Numbered from the stretch's first letter, positions 1 to 9,285 are shown. The stretch: 64,000 bases of DNA from Acidimicrobiia bacterium (GCA_965215185.1 OZ244034.1:1856001-1920000), one strand, 5' to 3'. Numbers and translations: made by a program. The notes: generated by a model not told the origin, from the letters alone.

Positions 1-1
1 C

Positions 2-229
2 AACCATCCGGTGTTCGGCAAGATCATCCGAAGCTACCAGGGGGGTCTCACCGTCCGAGCCAAGACGATCGCTCTGATTGGGATCACCATCTCGATCAGC
101 GTTTCCGCGGTCCTTCTCACCAGCAATACGGCGCTCAGGGTGGTTCTGGTGGCAGTAGCTGCCATCGCCTGGGGGTATGTGCTAACCCGACCCACCAAGG
201 CCCTGGCCGCAGCTTCGGATCGGGTCTAA
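2..229 (+). CDS. YbaN/DUF454 family membrane protein, 3' part (runs off window start)
   Basis: NHPVFGKIIRSYQ..GLTVRAK followed by two hydrophobic helices, typical of the YbaN C-terminal half. Confidence 0.7.
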   Translation, partial: NHPVFGKIIRSYQGGLTVRAKTIALIGITISISVSAVLLTSNTALRVVLVAVAAIAWGYVLTRPTKALAAASDRV

Positions 230-262
230 CCGCGCGCCGACCGCCGCCGCGGACCTGCCGGG

Positions 263-1129
263 TCAACGGGTCGGTTCGATAACCTCCGACACAATCTTTT
301 CGACCGTCTTGTATTGCTCGGGTTGGGGTTGTTGGAAGATGAATTCGTTGACCCCCGCCCCGACGTATCTTCCCACTACTTCGGTGAACGCGTCCACGCT
401 CGACCAGACATCGGGCAAACCCTGGGAAGCCAGATGGTGGGGCCCTCCGAGGTAGGAGCGGATGATCTCGGTTGGATCCCGGCCGATTCTCTGACATGCC
501 TGGTTCAGCAGGCGGTTCCGCTCCACCATCTCCTCTACCGTCCCGGTGGAGTTCCACCGGTCCGCATAGCGGGCACAGATCCCCAGCATCCGAGGGCGGT
601 GGGCCCCCAGGGTAAAGGGTGGACGGGGCGACTGCACCGGCTGCGGATGGAGCCGGGCATCGGTCAGCTGATAATGGCAACCCTCATAGGAGACGGTCTC
701 CCCGCGCAGCAAGGGGTCGATTATCTCCAACGCCTCCTCGAATCTGTCCACCCGCACACCCGGAGGGTGAAGGGTGATCCCGAACTGCTCATGCTCATCC
801 ACATACCATCCCGCGCCGATCCCCAACTCCAACCGTCCCTCCGAAATGTGGTCGATGGTGATGGCTTGCTGTGCTAAGAGAGCCGGATGGCGGAAGGTAT
901 TGCTGCTCACCAGCACCCCCACCCGGACGCGGCGGGTGTGGGTGGCCAGAGCGGCTAGGAGCGTCCACGCCTCAAAGAACGTACCGGCAGGGCCAAACGG
1001 CTGCAGGAAGTGGTCAAAGTCCCAGATGCTGTCGAACCCCAACTCCTCGAAGTACCGCCACTGGTCCACCAGCTCACGGTAGGGCACCGTCTGGGCGGCG
1101 CCGATCCCAAACAGGATGTTGCCCTCCAC
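263..1129 (-). CDS. LLM class flavin-dependent oxidoreductase (possibly F420-dependent)
   Basis: GFDSIWDFDH, EAWTLLAALA, FRHPALLAQQAITIDHISEGRLELGIGAGW; GTG at 1129 chosen from GAGGTG SD and alignment to the neighbouring paralog. Confidence 0.9.
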   Translation of the reverse strand: MEGNILFGIGAAQTVPYRELVDQWRYFEELGFDSIWDFDHFLQPFGPAGTFFEAWTLLAALATHTRRVRVGVLVSSNTFRHPALLAQQAITIDHISEGRLELGIGAGWYVDEHEQFGITLHPPGVRVDRFEEALEIIDPLLRGETVSYEGCHYQLTDARLHPQPVQSPRPPFTLGAHRPRMLGICARYADRWNSTGTVEEMVERNRLLNQACQRIGRDPTEIIRSYLGGPHHLASQGLPDVWSSVDAFTEVVGRYVGAGVNEFIFQQPQPEQYKTVEKIVSEVIEPTR

Positions 1130-1239
1130 TAGCGCATCACCTCGATTGCCATCCCAGGAAGGGTATCGGGACGCGCATCCTGTCCCAATCTCCCTCAAAC
1201 AGTTAGCTTGGCGCGTGTTTTCTTCCCCTCGAGAATCGC

Positions 1240-2106
1240 TCAGAGACCGGGCTCGATGACCTGCGACACGATCCTCTCGGCCGTTTGGTACTGGTCGGGT
1301 CGAGGCTGGTCGAAGATGAACTCGTTGACACCTACCTCGGCGTACCTTCCCACTACTTCGGTGAAGGCATCGACGCTCTCCCATGCATCGGGCAACCCTT
1401 GCGCGGCCATATTGGAGGCCCATCCATAGAAGGAACGGATGATCTCGGTGGGGTCCCGGCCGATCTTCTCGCACGCCTCGTCCAGCAGGCGATTGCGTTC
1501 GGCGATCTCCTCCACCGTCCCAAACGAGTTCCAGCGGTCGGCGTATTGGGCGCAGATGGCCAACATGCGGGGACGATGCGCTCCCAGGGTGAGAGGCGGG
1601 CGGGGCGACTGCACCGGCCGGGGGCGGAGTCTTGCTTCTTTCAGTTGATAGTGGCGACCCTGGTGGGAGGTCGTCTCGCCACGAAGCAGGGCGTCGATGA
1701 TCTCCACCGCCTCTTCAAACCTTTCGACCAGCACGGGTGGATCGCCAAACGGTATCCCGAACCGGTCGTGCTCTTCAACGAACCACCCGGCGCCGAAACC
1801 CAGTTCCAGGCGTCCTTGCGAGATGTGGTCGATGGTGATGGCCTGCTGCGCCAAGAGCGCCGGATGGCGGAAGGTGTTGCTCCCCACCAAAACGCCCACC
1901 CGGATGCGGGAGGTCTGGGTGGCGAGAGCGGCCAGCAGGGTCCACCCCTCGAAGTAGGGGTCGCAGGGATTGCTGGGCCGAAGCAAATGGTCACAATCCC
2001 AAATGCTGTCGAATCCCAACTCCTCGAAGTACTGCCACCGCTGCACCAGCACCGGGTAGGGCTCGGCCTGGTCGGTGCAGATTCCAAACCGTATGTTCTG
2101 TTCCAA
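1240..2106 (-). CDS. LLM class flavin-dependent oxidoreductase, tandem paralog
   Basis: Same motifs and same 288-aa length as 263..1129. Confidence 0.9.
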   Translation of the reverse strand: MEQNIRFGICTDQAEPYPVLVQRWQYFEELGFDSIWDCDHLLRPSNPCDPYFEGWTLLAALATQTSRIRVGVLVGSNTFRHPALLAQQAITIDHISQGRLELGFGAGWFVEEHDRFGIPFGDPPVLVERFEEAVEIIDALLRGETTSHQGRHYQLKEARLRPRPVQSPRPPLTLGAHRPRMLAICAQYADRWNSFGTVEEIAERNRLLDEACEKIGRDPTEIIRSFYGWASNMAAQGLPDAWESVDAFTEVVGRYAEVGVNEFIFDQPRPDQYQTAERIVSQVIEPGL

Positions 2107-2268
2107 TTTAAGAGACCGCCTCTAGCTTCATCACCCACAGGTTATGCGGTGAAACAACAAACCTGCGGCTGTAAAGGCGATCTGCTTTCGGTTGAACCCC
2201 GGCTGCGGCGCTGCTCTTTTTGGGAATGCGCTACCTTATTGCCAGGCCCTCGACCATCATTGGAACAG

Positions 2269-4122
2269 ATGCCCAAACCGTCCTCCACCGACATCGCCTT
2301 TCCGGTGCCCATCCACTTCGGCGTGTCGGGTCCGCCACCCGCCGAAGGCCGAGACGACCACGCCTTTTTGGACGATCTGCTGGCACAGGGCATCTCCTCC
2401 TATGAACTTTCTTTCGTCAAGGGCTTTCCCTGGAAAGAGGATCGGTGCGCACAGTTCGGAACCCGGGCCGCCGATCGGGGTATTCGCGTCTCCGCCCATG
2501 CTCCCTACTTCGCGGTGCTGACCGTGGAAGAACCCCGAAAGGCCCACATGTGCCTTTCGGCCCTGGAGCACACCATGAAACTGGGAAAAGAACTGGGTTC
2601 GCCGCTGATAGTCGCCCATGCCGGCCATTTGAAGGGACGTGCGCCCCAACAGGTCATGGACCTGATCCGCCGGCGTCTGGAGATGCTGGGGCCCAAGGTC
2701 GAAAACCTGGGGGTGGGACTGGGGTTGGAGACCGCCGGGAATCTGCGTTCTTTCGGGACGCTCGGCGACATCGCGGTGCTGGCTTCTGAGTTCCGGTTCG
2801 TGCGGCCGGTGATCGACTGGGCGCACCTGCATGCTCTCTCGGGCGGGGGGCTGATCGGAAGAGACCGTTTCAAAACAGTGCTGGACTTCCTAAAAGACTC
2901 CTTTCCCGCCTGGATGCTCTCTCCGCTTCACACCCAGTTCACCGACAACCGGTTCGGGCCTTCGGGGGAGATCAGCCACGTTCGGTACGGGGAAGGGACC
3001 CTTCGGATCGGACCCCTGGTGGAGGCCGCCCACGAAGCAGGAATCCCCATGGTGGTGATCTCCGAAGCCCGGGAGTGGGAGAGCCACCTGGCCATCGGAG
3101 CGGAACTGGCCTCAGTCCTTGGGCGGTTGGATGAGGCTGCGCCCCCCGGTCTTCAGGCGGCTTCGGGACTGGTGGCCTTCCCCGACCCGACTCCGGTGCA
3201 ACAGGACGAGAACCGCTTCCGGCCCACCGGGGCCAAGCGGGCCGTGCGCCTGTCCAACCTGTCGAAGCGGTTCTTCCCCGAGGGCTACACCAAGGGAGAT
3301 TTGATCAGTTATTACGCCTCGATCGCCCCCACCCTGTTGCCTCATCTGCGCGACCGGCCCCTCTCCATGTCCCGCTACCCCGACGGGATCGGCGGGCCCT
3401 CCTTCTACGAGAAGCGAGCGCCGGGGCACCAGCCCGACTGGATGCGCACCCTTCCGGTGGGTTCCCGATCGGCGGGCGGGCAGATCGACTTTCTGTGCGC
3501 CGACCATCCCGAGTCGTTGATGTGGTTCGCCAACATGGGTTGTGTGGAGGTACATCCCTTCCACTCCCGCCATCCCAACCTACCCCACCCCGACTGGGCG
3601 GTGTTCGACTTCGACCCCGCCCCCGGGGCCGCCTGGACCCAGGTGGTGGCGGGCGTCCGGCTGCTGGGGGTGGCCCTGCAGCAGCTGGGATTGCGGTCGG
3701 TTCCCAAACTGTCGGGAAGCCGCGGCATGCATGTGTACCTGCCCCTGCGACCCATCCACACCCACCAGCGGGTCCGCCGGTTCGTGAAAGCGGTGGCCGA
3801 CCTGTTGGTGGCGGCCAATCCCGACGACCTGACCTTGGCCTGGGACAAATCCCAGCGGGTGGGGAAGGTGTTCATCGACCACAACCGCAACGCGTTCGGC
3901 CAGACTATCTCGTCGGTGTATTCGGTGCGGCCTCTGCCGGGAGCGCCGGTCTCCGCTCCCCTGCTCTGGGAAGAAGTGGGGCAGTTCGCCAATGGCGACA
4001 TCGACATCACCAACATCTGGGAGCGTCTCTCCCGGTACGGGGACCTGTTCTTGTCGGCGCTTGCGTCAAACCAGACCCTCGAATCCGCCGAACAGGCGCT
4101 CCATCTTGAGCCCTTGAGTTGA
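2269..4122 (+). CDS. Fusion of endonuclease IV-like TIM barrel and LigD/Prim-PolC-type primase-polymerase
   Basis: N-half SAHAPY, VAHAG, LETAG, IDWAHLHA, LHTQF, ISE; C-half TKGDLISYY, RYPDGI, VFDFDP, SGSRGMH, FIDHNRN, YSVRP; single uninterrupted frame. Confidence 0.85.
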   Translation: MPKPSSTDIAFPVPIHFGVSGPPPAEGRDDHAFLDDLLAQGISSYELSFVKGFPWKEDRCAQFGTRAADRGIRVSAHAPYFAVLTVEEPRKAHMCLSALEHTMKLGKELGSPLIVAHAGHLKGRAPQQVMDLIRRRLEMLGPKVENLGVGLGLETAGNLRSFGTLGDIAVLASEFRFVRPVIDWAHLHALSGGGLIGRDRFKTVLDFLKDSFPAWMLSPLHTQFTDNRFGPSGEISHVRYGEGTLRIGPLVEAAHEAGIPMVVISEAREWESHLAIGAELASVLGRLDEAAPPGLQAASGLVAFPDPTPVQQDENRFRPTGAKRAVRLSNLSKRFFPEGYTKGDLISYYASIAPTLLPHLRDRPLSMSRYPDGIGGPSFYEKRAPGHQPDWMRTLPVGSRSAGGQIDFLCADHPESLMWFANMGCVEVHPFHSRHPNLPHPDWAVFDFDPAPGAAWTQVVAGVRLLGVALQQLGLRSVPKLSGSRGMHVYLPLRPIHTHQRVRRFVKAVADLLVAANPDDLTLAWDKSQRVGKVFIDHNRNAFGQTISSVYSVRPLPGAPVSAPLLWEEVGQFANGDIDITNIWERLSRYGDLFLSALASNQTLESAEQALHLEPLS

Positions 4123-4179
4123 AATATGCCCCGGTCCAGCACGGGAGGCCGGACCGATAGGCGGGTATCCTCTACGCCT

Positions 4180-5304
4180 ATGGACATCTACGGGCGGATA
4201 AACATTCTGGGCGGCAGATCTGTCCGTCTTCCCGCCATGGATGTCACCGAAGCCATCATCTTGGACAACGACCCCCTGAACCGCGCCAAGAGTTGGGTCA
4301 ATCAGGGCGCCGACTATCTGCACGTGGTGGATCTGAATGCCGCGGCGCTGGCCGACTATCAAAACCGTCCCCTCATCGACGCCATCCTCACCGAACTCGA
4401 CACTCCCGTCCAGGTGGCGGGAGGGGTCCGATCGCACCTTGAGGCGGCCCGGCTAATCCAAAACGGCGCTTGGAGGGTGGTGATGGGAACCGCCGCCATC
4501 GAGGACCAGATCATGATCTGGGATCTGTGTCGAGAGTACCCGGGCAAGATCGCGGTGGCCATCGATGTGCGACCCGACCATGAGATCGTCACCCAGGGAT
4601 GGAACGAACGAAGCGGCCGTTATCTGGAAGAGGTGCTCTTGGAGATGTCGTCGGCGGGGGTGGCAGCGTTCCTGATCGCCGAAGCCGGGCGTGACCCCCT
4701 GGCGCAGCCGCTCGACCTCGACATCTACGCGGAAGCGCTGGAATTGGTGCCCGAACCGGTGATCGTGGCCGGCGGAGTGGGCACCGTGGAGGATCTGCGC
4801 ACCCTGACCCGGCTGTCGGTGGGAGGCCACAAGCTGAACGGGGTGATCGTGGGCAGGGAGGTGACCGTCGGCCGGTTCAGCCTGGCAGAAGCCAAGAAAA
4901 CCGTGAAGGCCGGCGAGAAAGCACCATCCCTCAGCCCTCGGGGAGGCATGAGCGCCGTCGTCTGGTCGGACGATCTGGAAAAGATGTCCAACTTCTATTC
5001 ACGGGCCCTTGGCCTGCAGGAGATCACCGCCCCCCACATGGCTACCCGCGGACAGGTGTGGATGTCGATCGGAGGCTCCTATCTGATCCTGCGCAAGCGC
5101 CAACCAGACTCGCCGTCCTCGGGAGGAGCAGAAATCGTGCTGATGGCCGACGACATAGCCGACTGGGGAACCCATCTGGCCGGCCAGGGCCTGGCGGTGA
5201 TCAACATGCCCTCTGCTCGAAGCGGCCTCCCCCTCGACATGCTGGGGGTGTTCGACCCCGAAGGGAATACCGTCTGGGTGAGCAACCACCCCCAGATGTT
5301 TTAG
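4180..5304 (+). CDS. Divergent HisA/PriA-like TIM barrel fused to a C-terminal VOC (glyoxalase-like) domain
   Basis: LHVVDLN, QVAGGVRS, VMGTAA, VIVAGGVG; C-terminal DLEKMSNFYSRALGL...FDPEGNTV. Confidence 0.8.
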   Translation: MDIYGRINILGGRSVRLPAMDVTEAIILDNDPLNRAKSWVNQGADYLHVVDLNAAALADYQNRPLIDAILTELDTPVQVAGGVRSHLEAARLIQNGAWRVVMGTAAIEDQIMIWDLCREYPGKIAVAIDVRPDHEIVTQGWNERSGRYLEEVLLEMSSAGVAAFLIAEAGRDPLAQPLDLDIYAEALELVPEPVIVAGGVGTVEDLRTLTRLSVGGHKLNGVIVGREVTVGRFSLAEAKKTVKAGEKAPSLSPRGGMSAVVWSDDLEKMSNFYSRALGLQEITAPHMATRGQVWMSIGGSYLILRKRQPDSPSSGGAEIVLMADDIADWGTHLAGQGLAVINMPSARSGLPLDMLGVFDPEGNTVWVSNHPQMF

Positions 5305-5418
5305 CCCCGCCGGGCCCGGCGCCGCTCCCCGGGGCAGGGCAACTGCCAATCTCATCTTGACCCGCACCTCCCGTTCAGACCACCTGTGCCTGAACGTGGC
5401 GGGCGATGGCCACGACAG

Positions 5419-5472
5419 ATCAATAGTCCTCTCCCCCGAGCAGCGAACCTGGCGGTGGAGAGAACTATTGAT
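5419..5472. repeat. 16-bp inverted repeat (hairpin) in intergenic region
   Basis: ATCAATAGTCCTCTCC ... GGAGAGAACTATTGAT, one mismatch. Confidence 0.7.
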
Positions 5473-5562
5473 GAGGATGGAGGTTTTCGGACCGACTACT
5501 GATGATTCGGGTTGATTTCGGCGGGCGGTTCTGCCAAAATGGGGCCGGTAGCGTCACCAGAC

Positions 5563-5653
5563 GCTCATCCAGAGCGGTGGAGGGATCAGGCCCCGCGAAA
5601 CCGCGGCAACCAGTCGGCACAGCCGACACGGTGCCAACGCCTGACCGATGGGT
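5563..5653 (+). promoter_or_regulatory. SAM-I (S-box) riboswitch, apparently lacking P4
   Basis: CTCATCCAGAG..GAGGGA..GGCCC..GGCAACC..GGTGCCAA..GATGGG core; TCAGGC/GCCTGA pseudoknot; upstream of metX. Confidence 0.88.
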
Positions 5654-5688
5654 AAAGGAGGGGACTTATATACCTGGGTAGACAAAGG

Positions 5689-5710
5689 TGTCACACCCGT
5701 TCGGTATTCT
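5689..5710 (+). promoter_or_regulatory. Putative tnpB promoter, TGTC-N12-TANNNT, leaderless start
   Basis: TGTC ACACCCGTTCGG TATTCT, then 7 nt, then in-frame GTG at 5718; same layout in copy 2. Confidence 0.55.
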
Positions 5711-5717
5711 GGTTTGT

Positions 5718-6907
5718 GTGTATTTGGTGCAGACTTTTAGGTTTCCCGCTAAGTGTTCCCCGTCCGCTCATCGTCGGTTGACCGAGGTGTTTTCCATGTC
5801 CGCGGAGTTGTATAACGCGGCGTTGGAGTCTTGGAGGGGAACATACGCGTGGTGGAAGGAACGCCACCCCGGAGAGGACGACAAGTTCCCCTCGGAGTTG
5901 CGGCGTTCGAAGTACGACTTGATGAAAGAGTTCACGGGGGTTCGTTCGGATATTCCCGAGTGGGAGCGGCTGGCCGTCCAGGTGGGAAGGGGCGTTGTGT
6001 GTCGTTTCGACCGGACGGTGAGTTCCTTCTACAAACGCTGCAAAGAAGGGGGCAAGCCGGGGTTTCCCCGCTTCGTTTCCGAGACAAAGGCCGTAGGTTG
6101 GCCGATGCCCTCGGTGGGGGCGCCCGGGTGGTGGAACTACGCGTGGTGAGAACGCCCCTCCGCACAGAGGTACACGTCGTGGTCCGCCACCCGGAGAGGA
6201 ACATATCCAGGGTGGAGCCCGCCAATCCCGTGGGGATAGATGTCGGTTTGACGCACCGTTTGACCCTTTCGGGCGGGCAGGTCGTCCCCCCGCGGAAAGT
6301 GGACGCGTCCCGTGTCAAGAGGGCGCAGAGAAAACTGTCCCGTGCCAAGAAAGGCTCCCGCACCAGGGGCAAGAAAGCCCACGCGCTGGCCAGACTCCAC
6401 CGCAGAGAAAAAGAGAAAGCCGTCCAGGCTGACTTCCGTCTCGCCCACCACCTCGTCCGCTCCTACGACGGGATAGCCACCGAGGACCTCAACGTGACGG
6501 GGATGCTCAAATCGAAAAGGTTCTCCAAGAAAATGTCCGAACAACGATGGTCGTCCCTCGGGAACATCCTGGAATACAAAGCCGAGAAAGCTGGCATTCC
6601 ATATGAAAGGGTGAATCCCCGCCACACCACCACAGACTGTTCGGCCTGCGGGCACCGACAGGCAATGCCTCTCCGGCAGAGGGTGTTTCACTGCGGGTCG
6701 TGTGGAATGTGCGTGGGTAGGGACGTCAACGCCGCAATCAACATACGCGCCCGGGCTTTTGGCCCGGGGTCGGGAGGGACCATCCCCGACGCGATGCGCG
6801 TAACAAACTTCGGCTGTAAGACAGGCACGCCCTCCGGGGAATGCTCTGCGGGTCGACATCGCAGAACAGTATCACCCACGGCGACATCCGTCTACCCAAG
6901 TATATAA
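5718..6907 (+). pseudogene. tnpB: TnpB RNA-guided nuclease, frameshifted by internal deletion
   Basis: N-part ..LYNAAL..GKPGFPRF and C-part VGIDVG, ATEDLNV, CSACG/CGSCG, RDVNAAINI in different frames; about 40 codons present in copies 2/3 are missing near 6070. Confidence 0.9.
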
Positions 6908-6925
6908 ATCCCTAAAGGAGAGTCG

Positions 6926-8101
6926 GTGACAATCAGCGCCCCCAACCCGCCTAACGGCCCTGAGTCTCGAACTTTGACGCCCACCCAAACCCAGTTCGTC
7001 CGCCTTGACGGTCCATTCACCACCCTGAGCGGCAGGACCATCCCGGAGGTGACTCTCGCCTATGAGATGTACGGGGAATTCAACAAGGCCCGAGACAATG
7101 TCATACTGGTGTTCCACGCCCTGACCGGAAGCCAGCACGCGGCAGGATTCAACCCGTCGGTGCCCGGGGTGGGAGATCTGTGGACCGAAGAGATGCAAGT
7201 CGGCTGGTGGGAGGATTTCATCGGACCCGGACGGGCGCTAGACACCAACAAGCACGCCGTGTTGTGCGTCAACTACCTGGGCGGATGCTATGGGTCAACC
7301 GGCCCGTCCTCCCTCAACCCCGCCACCGCCCGCCCCTACGGTTCGGCTTTTCCCTCCCTGACCATCACCGACATCGTGGACTCTCAGGTGCAGCTATTGG
7401 ACAAGCTGGGCATTGAACGGCTCCACGCCTGCACGGGAGGTTCGGTGGGTGGCCTGTTGGCGGTGGTGCTGGGGACCCGCTATCCCGACCGGGTGAACGT
7501 GGTGATACCCATCGCGGCGGGTCTGGAAGTCACCATCTTGCAGGTAATCCACAATTTCGAGCAGATGTTCGCCATCATCGCCGACCCCCATTTTCAGGGC
7601 GGCGACTTCTACGACGGTCCCCGACCCGACCTGGGGTTGGCCCTGGCCAGGATGATCAGTCACAAGACCTTTGTCTCCCTGACCGCCTTTCGGGAGCGAA
7701 TCCGCCACCAGATCATGGAGCAGGAGTACCTGGCCGGATACCGAGTGCAGCACCCGATGGAGTCGTACATGCTGCACCAAGGGGAAAAGTTCGTGGAGAG
7801 ATTCGACGCCAACACCTATCTGCGGGTGGTGCGGATCTGGCAGAAGTTCGATCTTCTCAAAGAGGTGGGTGGCCAGACTTTCGGGGACCTGTTGAGCCGG
7901 TGCCGAAACCAGCAGTGGATGGTCTTCACCATCGATTCGGATGTCTGCTTCTATCCCGGCGAGCAGGAGAACATGGTCAAGGAACTCAACGCGGCGGGGG
8001 TGCCGGCTCTATGGCACACCGTGCATTCCAACAAGGGCCACGACGCCTTCCTGTTGGAGCCTGACAAGTTCAAACCGGGTCTGCGGGCAGTTTTGGGTTA
8101 G
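6926..8101 (+). CDS. metX: Homoserine O-acetyltransferase
   Basis: FHALTGSQH, WWEDFIGPG, GGCYGSTGP, GGSVGG nucleophile, RFDANTY, GHDAFLLE; SAM riboswitch upstream. Confidence 0.95.
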   Translation: MTISAPNPPNGPESRTLTPTQTQFVRLDGPFTTLSGRTIPEVTLAYEMYGEFNKARDNVILVFHALTGSQHAAGFNPSVPGVGDLWTEEMQVGWWEDFIGPGRALDTNKHAVLCVNYLGGCYGSTGPSSLNPATARPYGSAFPSLTITDIVDSQVQLLDKLGIERLHACTGGSVGGLLAVVLGTRYPDRVNVVIPIAAGLEVTILQVIHNFEQMFAIIADPHFQGGDFYDGPRPDLGLALARMISHKTFVSLTAFRERIRHQIMEQEYLAGYRVQHPMESYMLHQGEKFVERFDANTYLRVVRIWQKFDLLKEVGGQTFGDLLSRCRNQQWMVFTIDSDVCFYPGEQENMVKELNAAGVPALWHTVHSNKGHDAFLLEPDKFKPGLRAVLG

Positions 8102-8114
8102 TCGCCTCCGCCGA

Positions 8115-9146
8115 TTAGCAAAGTTGCACCGAAGGCTTGCCTTCGATCACTTCTCCGATCGTCGCGGAGTGGACACCTTCGGCCGCCAGGCGGGCAGTGA
8201 GAGTCTCCACCCGGGAGACGGGTACCGAGATCAGCAGTCCCCCGCTGGTCTGGGCGTCGCACACCAGGCGGCGGGAAATTTCGTCACCTCCCAAGAGTCT
8301 GTGATCAACCGCGGCCAGGTTGCGAAGGCTTCCCCCCGGATAGTGTCCGGCGGCCAGCAGTCGTTCCGCGCCCGGCAGCAGCGGCAATCGGGAAATCTGG
8401 ATCCGAGCGGCCGCCCCGGAGGCGTCCAGCATGGAGAGCAAGTGCCCCGCCAAACCGTAGCCGGTCACGTCGGTGGCCGCCGAAACCCCCACCGAGGTCA
8501 TCGCCCGGCAAGCCGCATCGTTGAGGGCGCTCATCTCCTCCACCGCCGCCTCCAAAGACTCCGAAGGACAATCACCCACCTTGTGGGCAGTGGTGATGAT
8601 CCCGGTTCCGAGCGGTTTGGTCAACACCAGGCGGTCGGTAGGCCGCGCTCCGCAATTGGTGATCACCTCCTCCTCCGCCGCGATCCCCGTCACCGCGAAC
8701 CCGTACTTGGGCTCGGGATCGTCAATGGTGTGTCCGCCCACCACCGTGCACCCCGCCCGGGCCATGATCTCCGCCCCGCCCAGGGCCACCTCCCCGAGAA
8801 TATCAAGCGAAAGGTCCTGGGAGGGCCAGCACATCAACTGAAGCGCCGTGAGGGGCCTGCCCCCCATGGCGTATACATCGGAGAGAGCGTTGGCGGCGGC
8901 GATCCGCCCCCACGTCCGGGGGTCGTCCACCACCGGAGTGAAGAAGTCCACCGTCTGGATGAGGACGCGCCCCTCCGACAGGCGGTATACGCCTGCGTCG
9001 TCGCGGGTCTTCACCCCCACCACCAATTGAGGTGAGGAGAAGGCGGGATGATTCTGCAAATGGCGCAGCACCTGCGCCAGCTCGGCCGATCCGAGCTTGC
9101 AGCCTCAGCCAGCGCCGTGACTGAACTGGGTGAGCCTGATGTCCAT
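8115..9146 (-). CDS. selD: Selenide, water dikinase, selenocysteine-containing (in-frame UGA at 9107-9105)
   Basis: MDIRLTQFSHGAG-UGA-GCKLG in frame with DDAGVY, TVDFFTP, ALSDVYAMGG, DVTGYGL, DAQTSGGLL. Confidence 0.93.
9072..9102 (-). promoter_or_regulatory. Putative bacterial SECIS hairpin downstream of selD UGA
   Basis: AGCTCGG-ATCGG-CCGAGCT stem-loop beginning 7 nt after UGA, extendable by CTGC/GCAG. Confidence 0.6.
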
Positions 9147-9158
9147 CGCCACAAAGTT

Positions 9159-9285
9159 AGGGACTTATATACCTGCGCGCCCAATTTGGGCGCCGCGGGC
9201 GCCACTGTTTCACCGGGTCCGCCAAATGCTTTTGGCCGGAGTCGACTGGCGTCTTACAGCAGATATTCGTGGACTGACCACCGTC
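9159..9285 (-). mobile_element. Orphan right end (omegaRNA-like region plus TIR) of the tnpB element family
   Basis: Minus strand ACGAATATCTGCTGTAAGAC..GAAACAGT..CAGGTATATAAGTCCCT aligns colinearly with the last ~125 bp of copy 3; no tnpB or left end nearby. Confidence 0.85.

Larger units (their letters stand above)
5661..6912 (+). mobile_element. Non-autonomous tnpB element with 23-bp terminal inverted repeats and 8-bp target site duplication (copy 1)
   Basis: GGGACTTATATACCTGGGTAGAC (5661-5683) and GTCTACCCAAGTATATAAATCCC (6890-6912), 2 mismatches; TAAAGGAG at both 5653-5660 and 6913-6920; no transposase inside. Confidence 0.92.

Noticed and set aside
2140-2180. AACAAACCTGCGGCTGTAAAG resembles the conserved block of the element right end
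   Set aside because: No ACAGT partner block and no TIR downstream; too short to call a sixth copy
1285-2268. N-terminal 328 aa of the 945-aa ORF
   Set aside because: Antisense shadow of the LLM gene; recognisable domains start near ATG 2269
5661-6912. Element considered as an IStron, IS605 or IS607
   Set aside because: Only ~57 nt precede tnpB, leaving no room for a group I intron; no TnpA; TIRs and TSD do not fit those families
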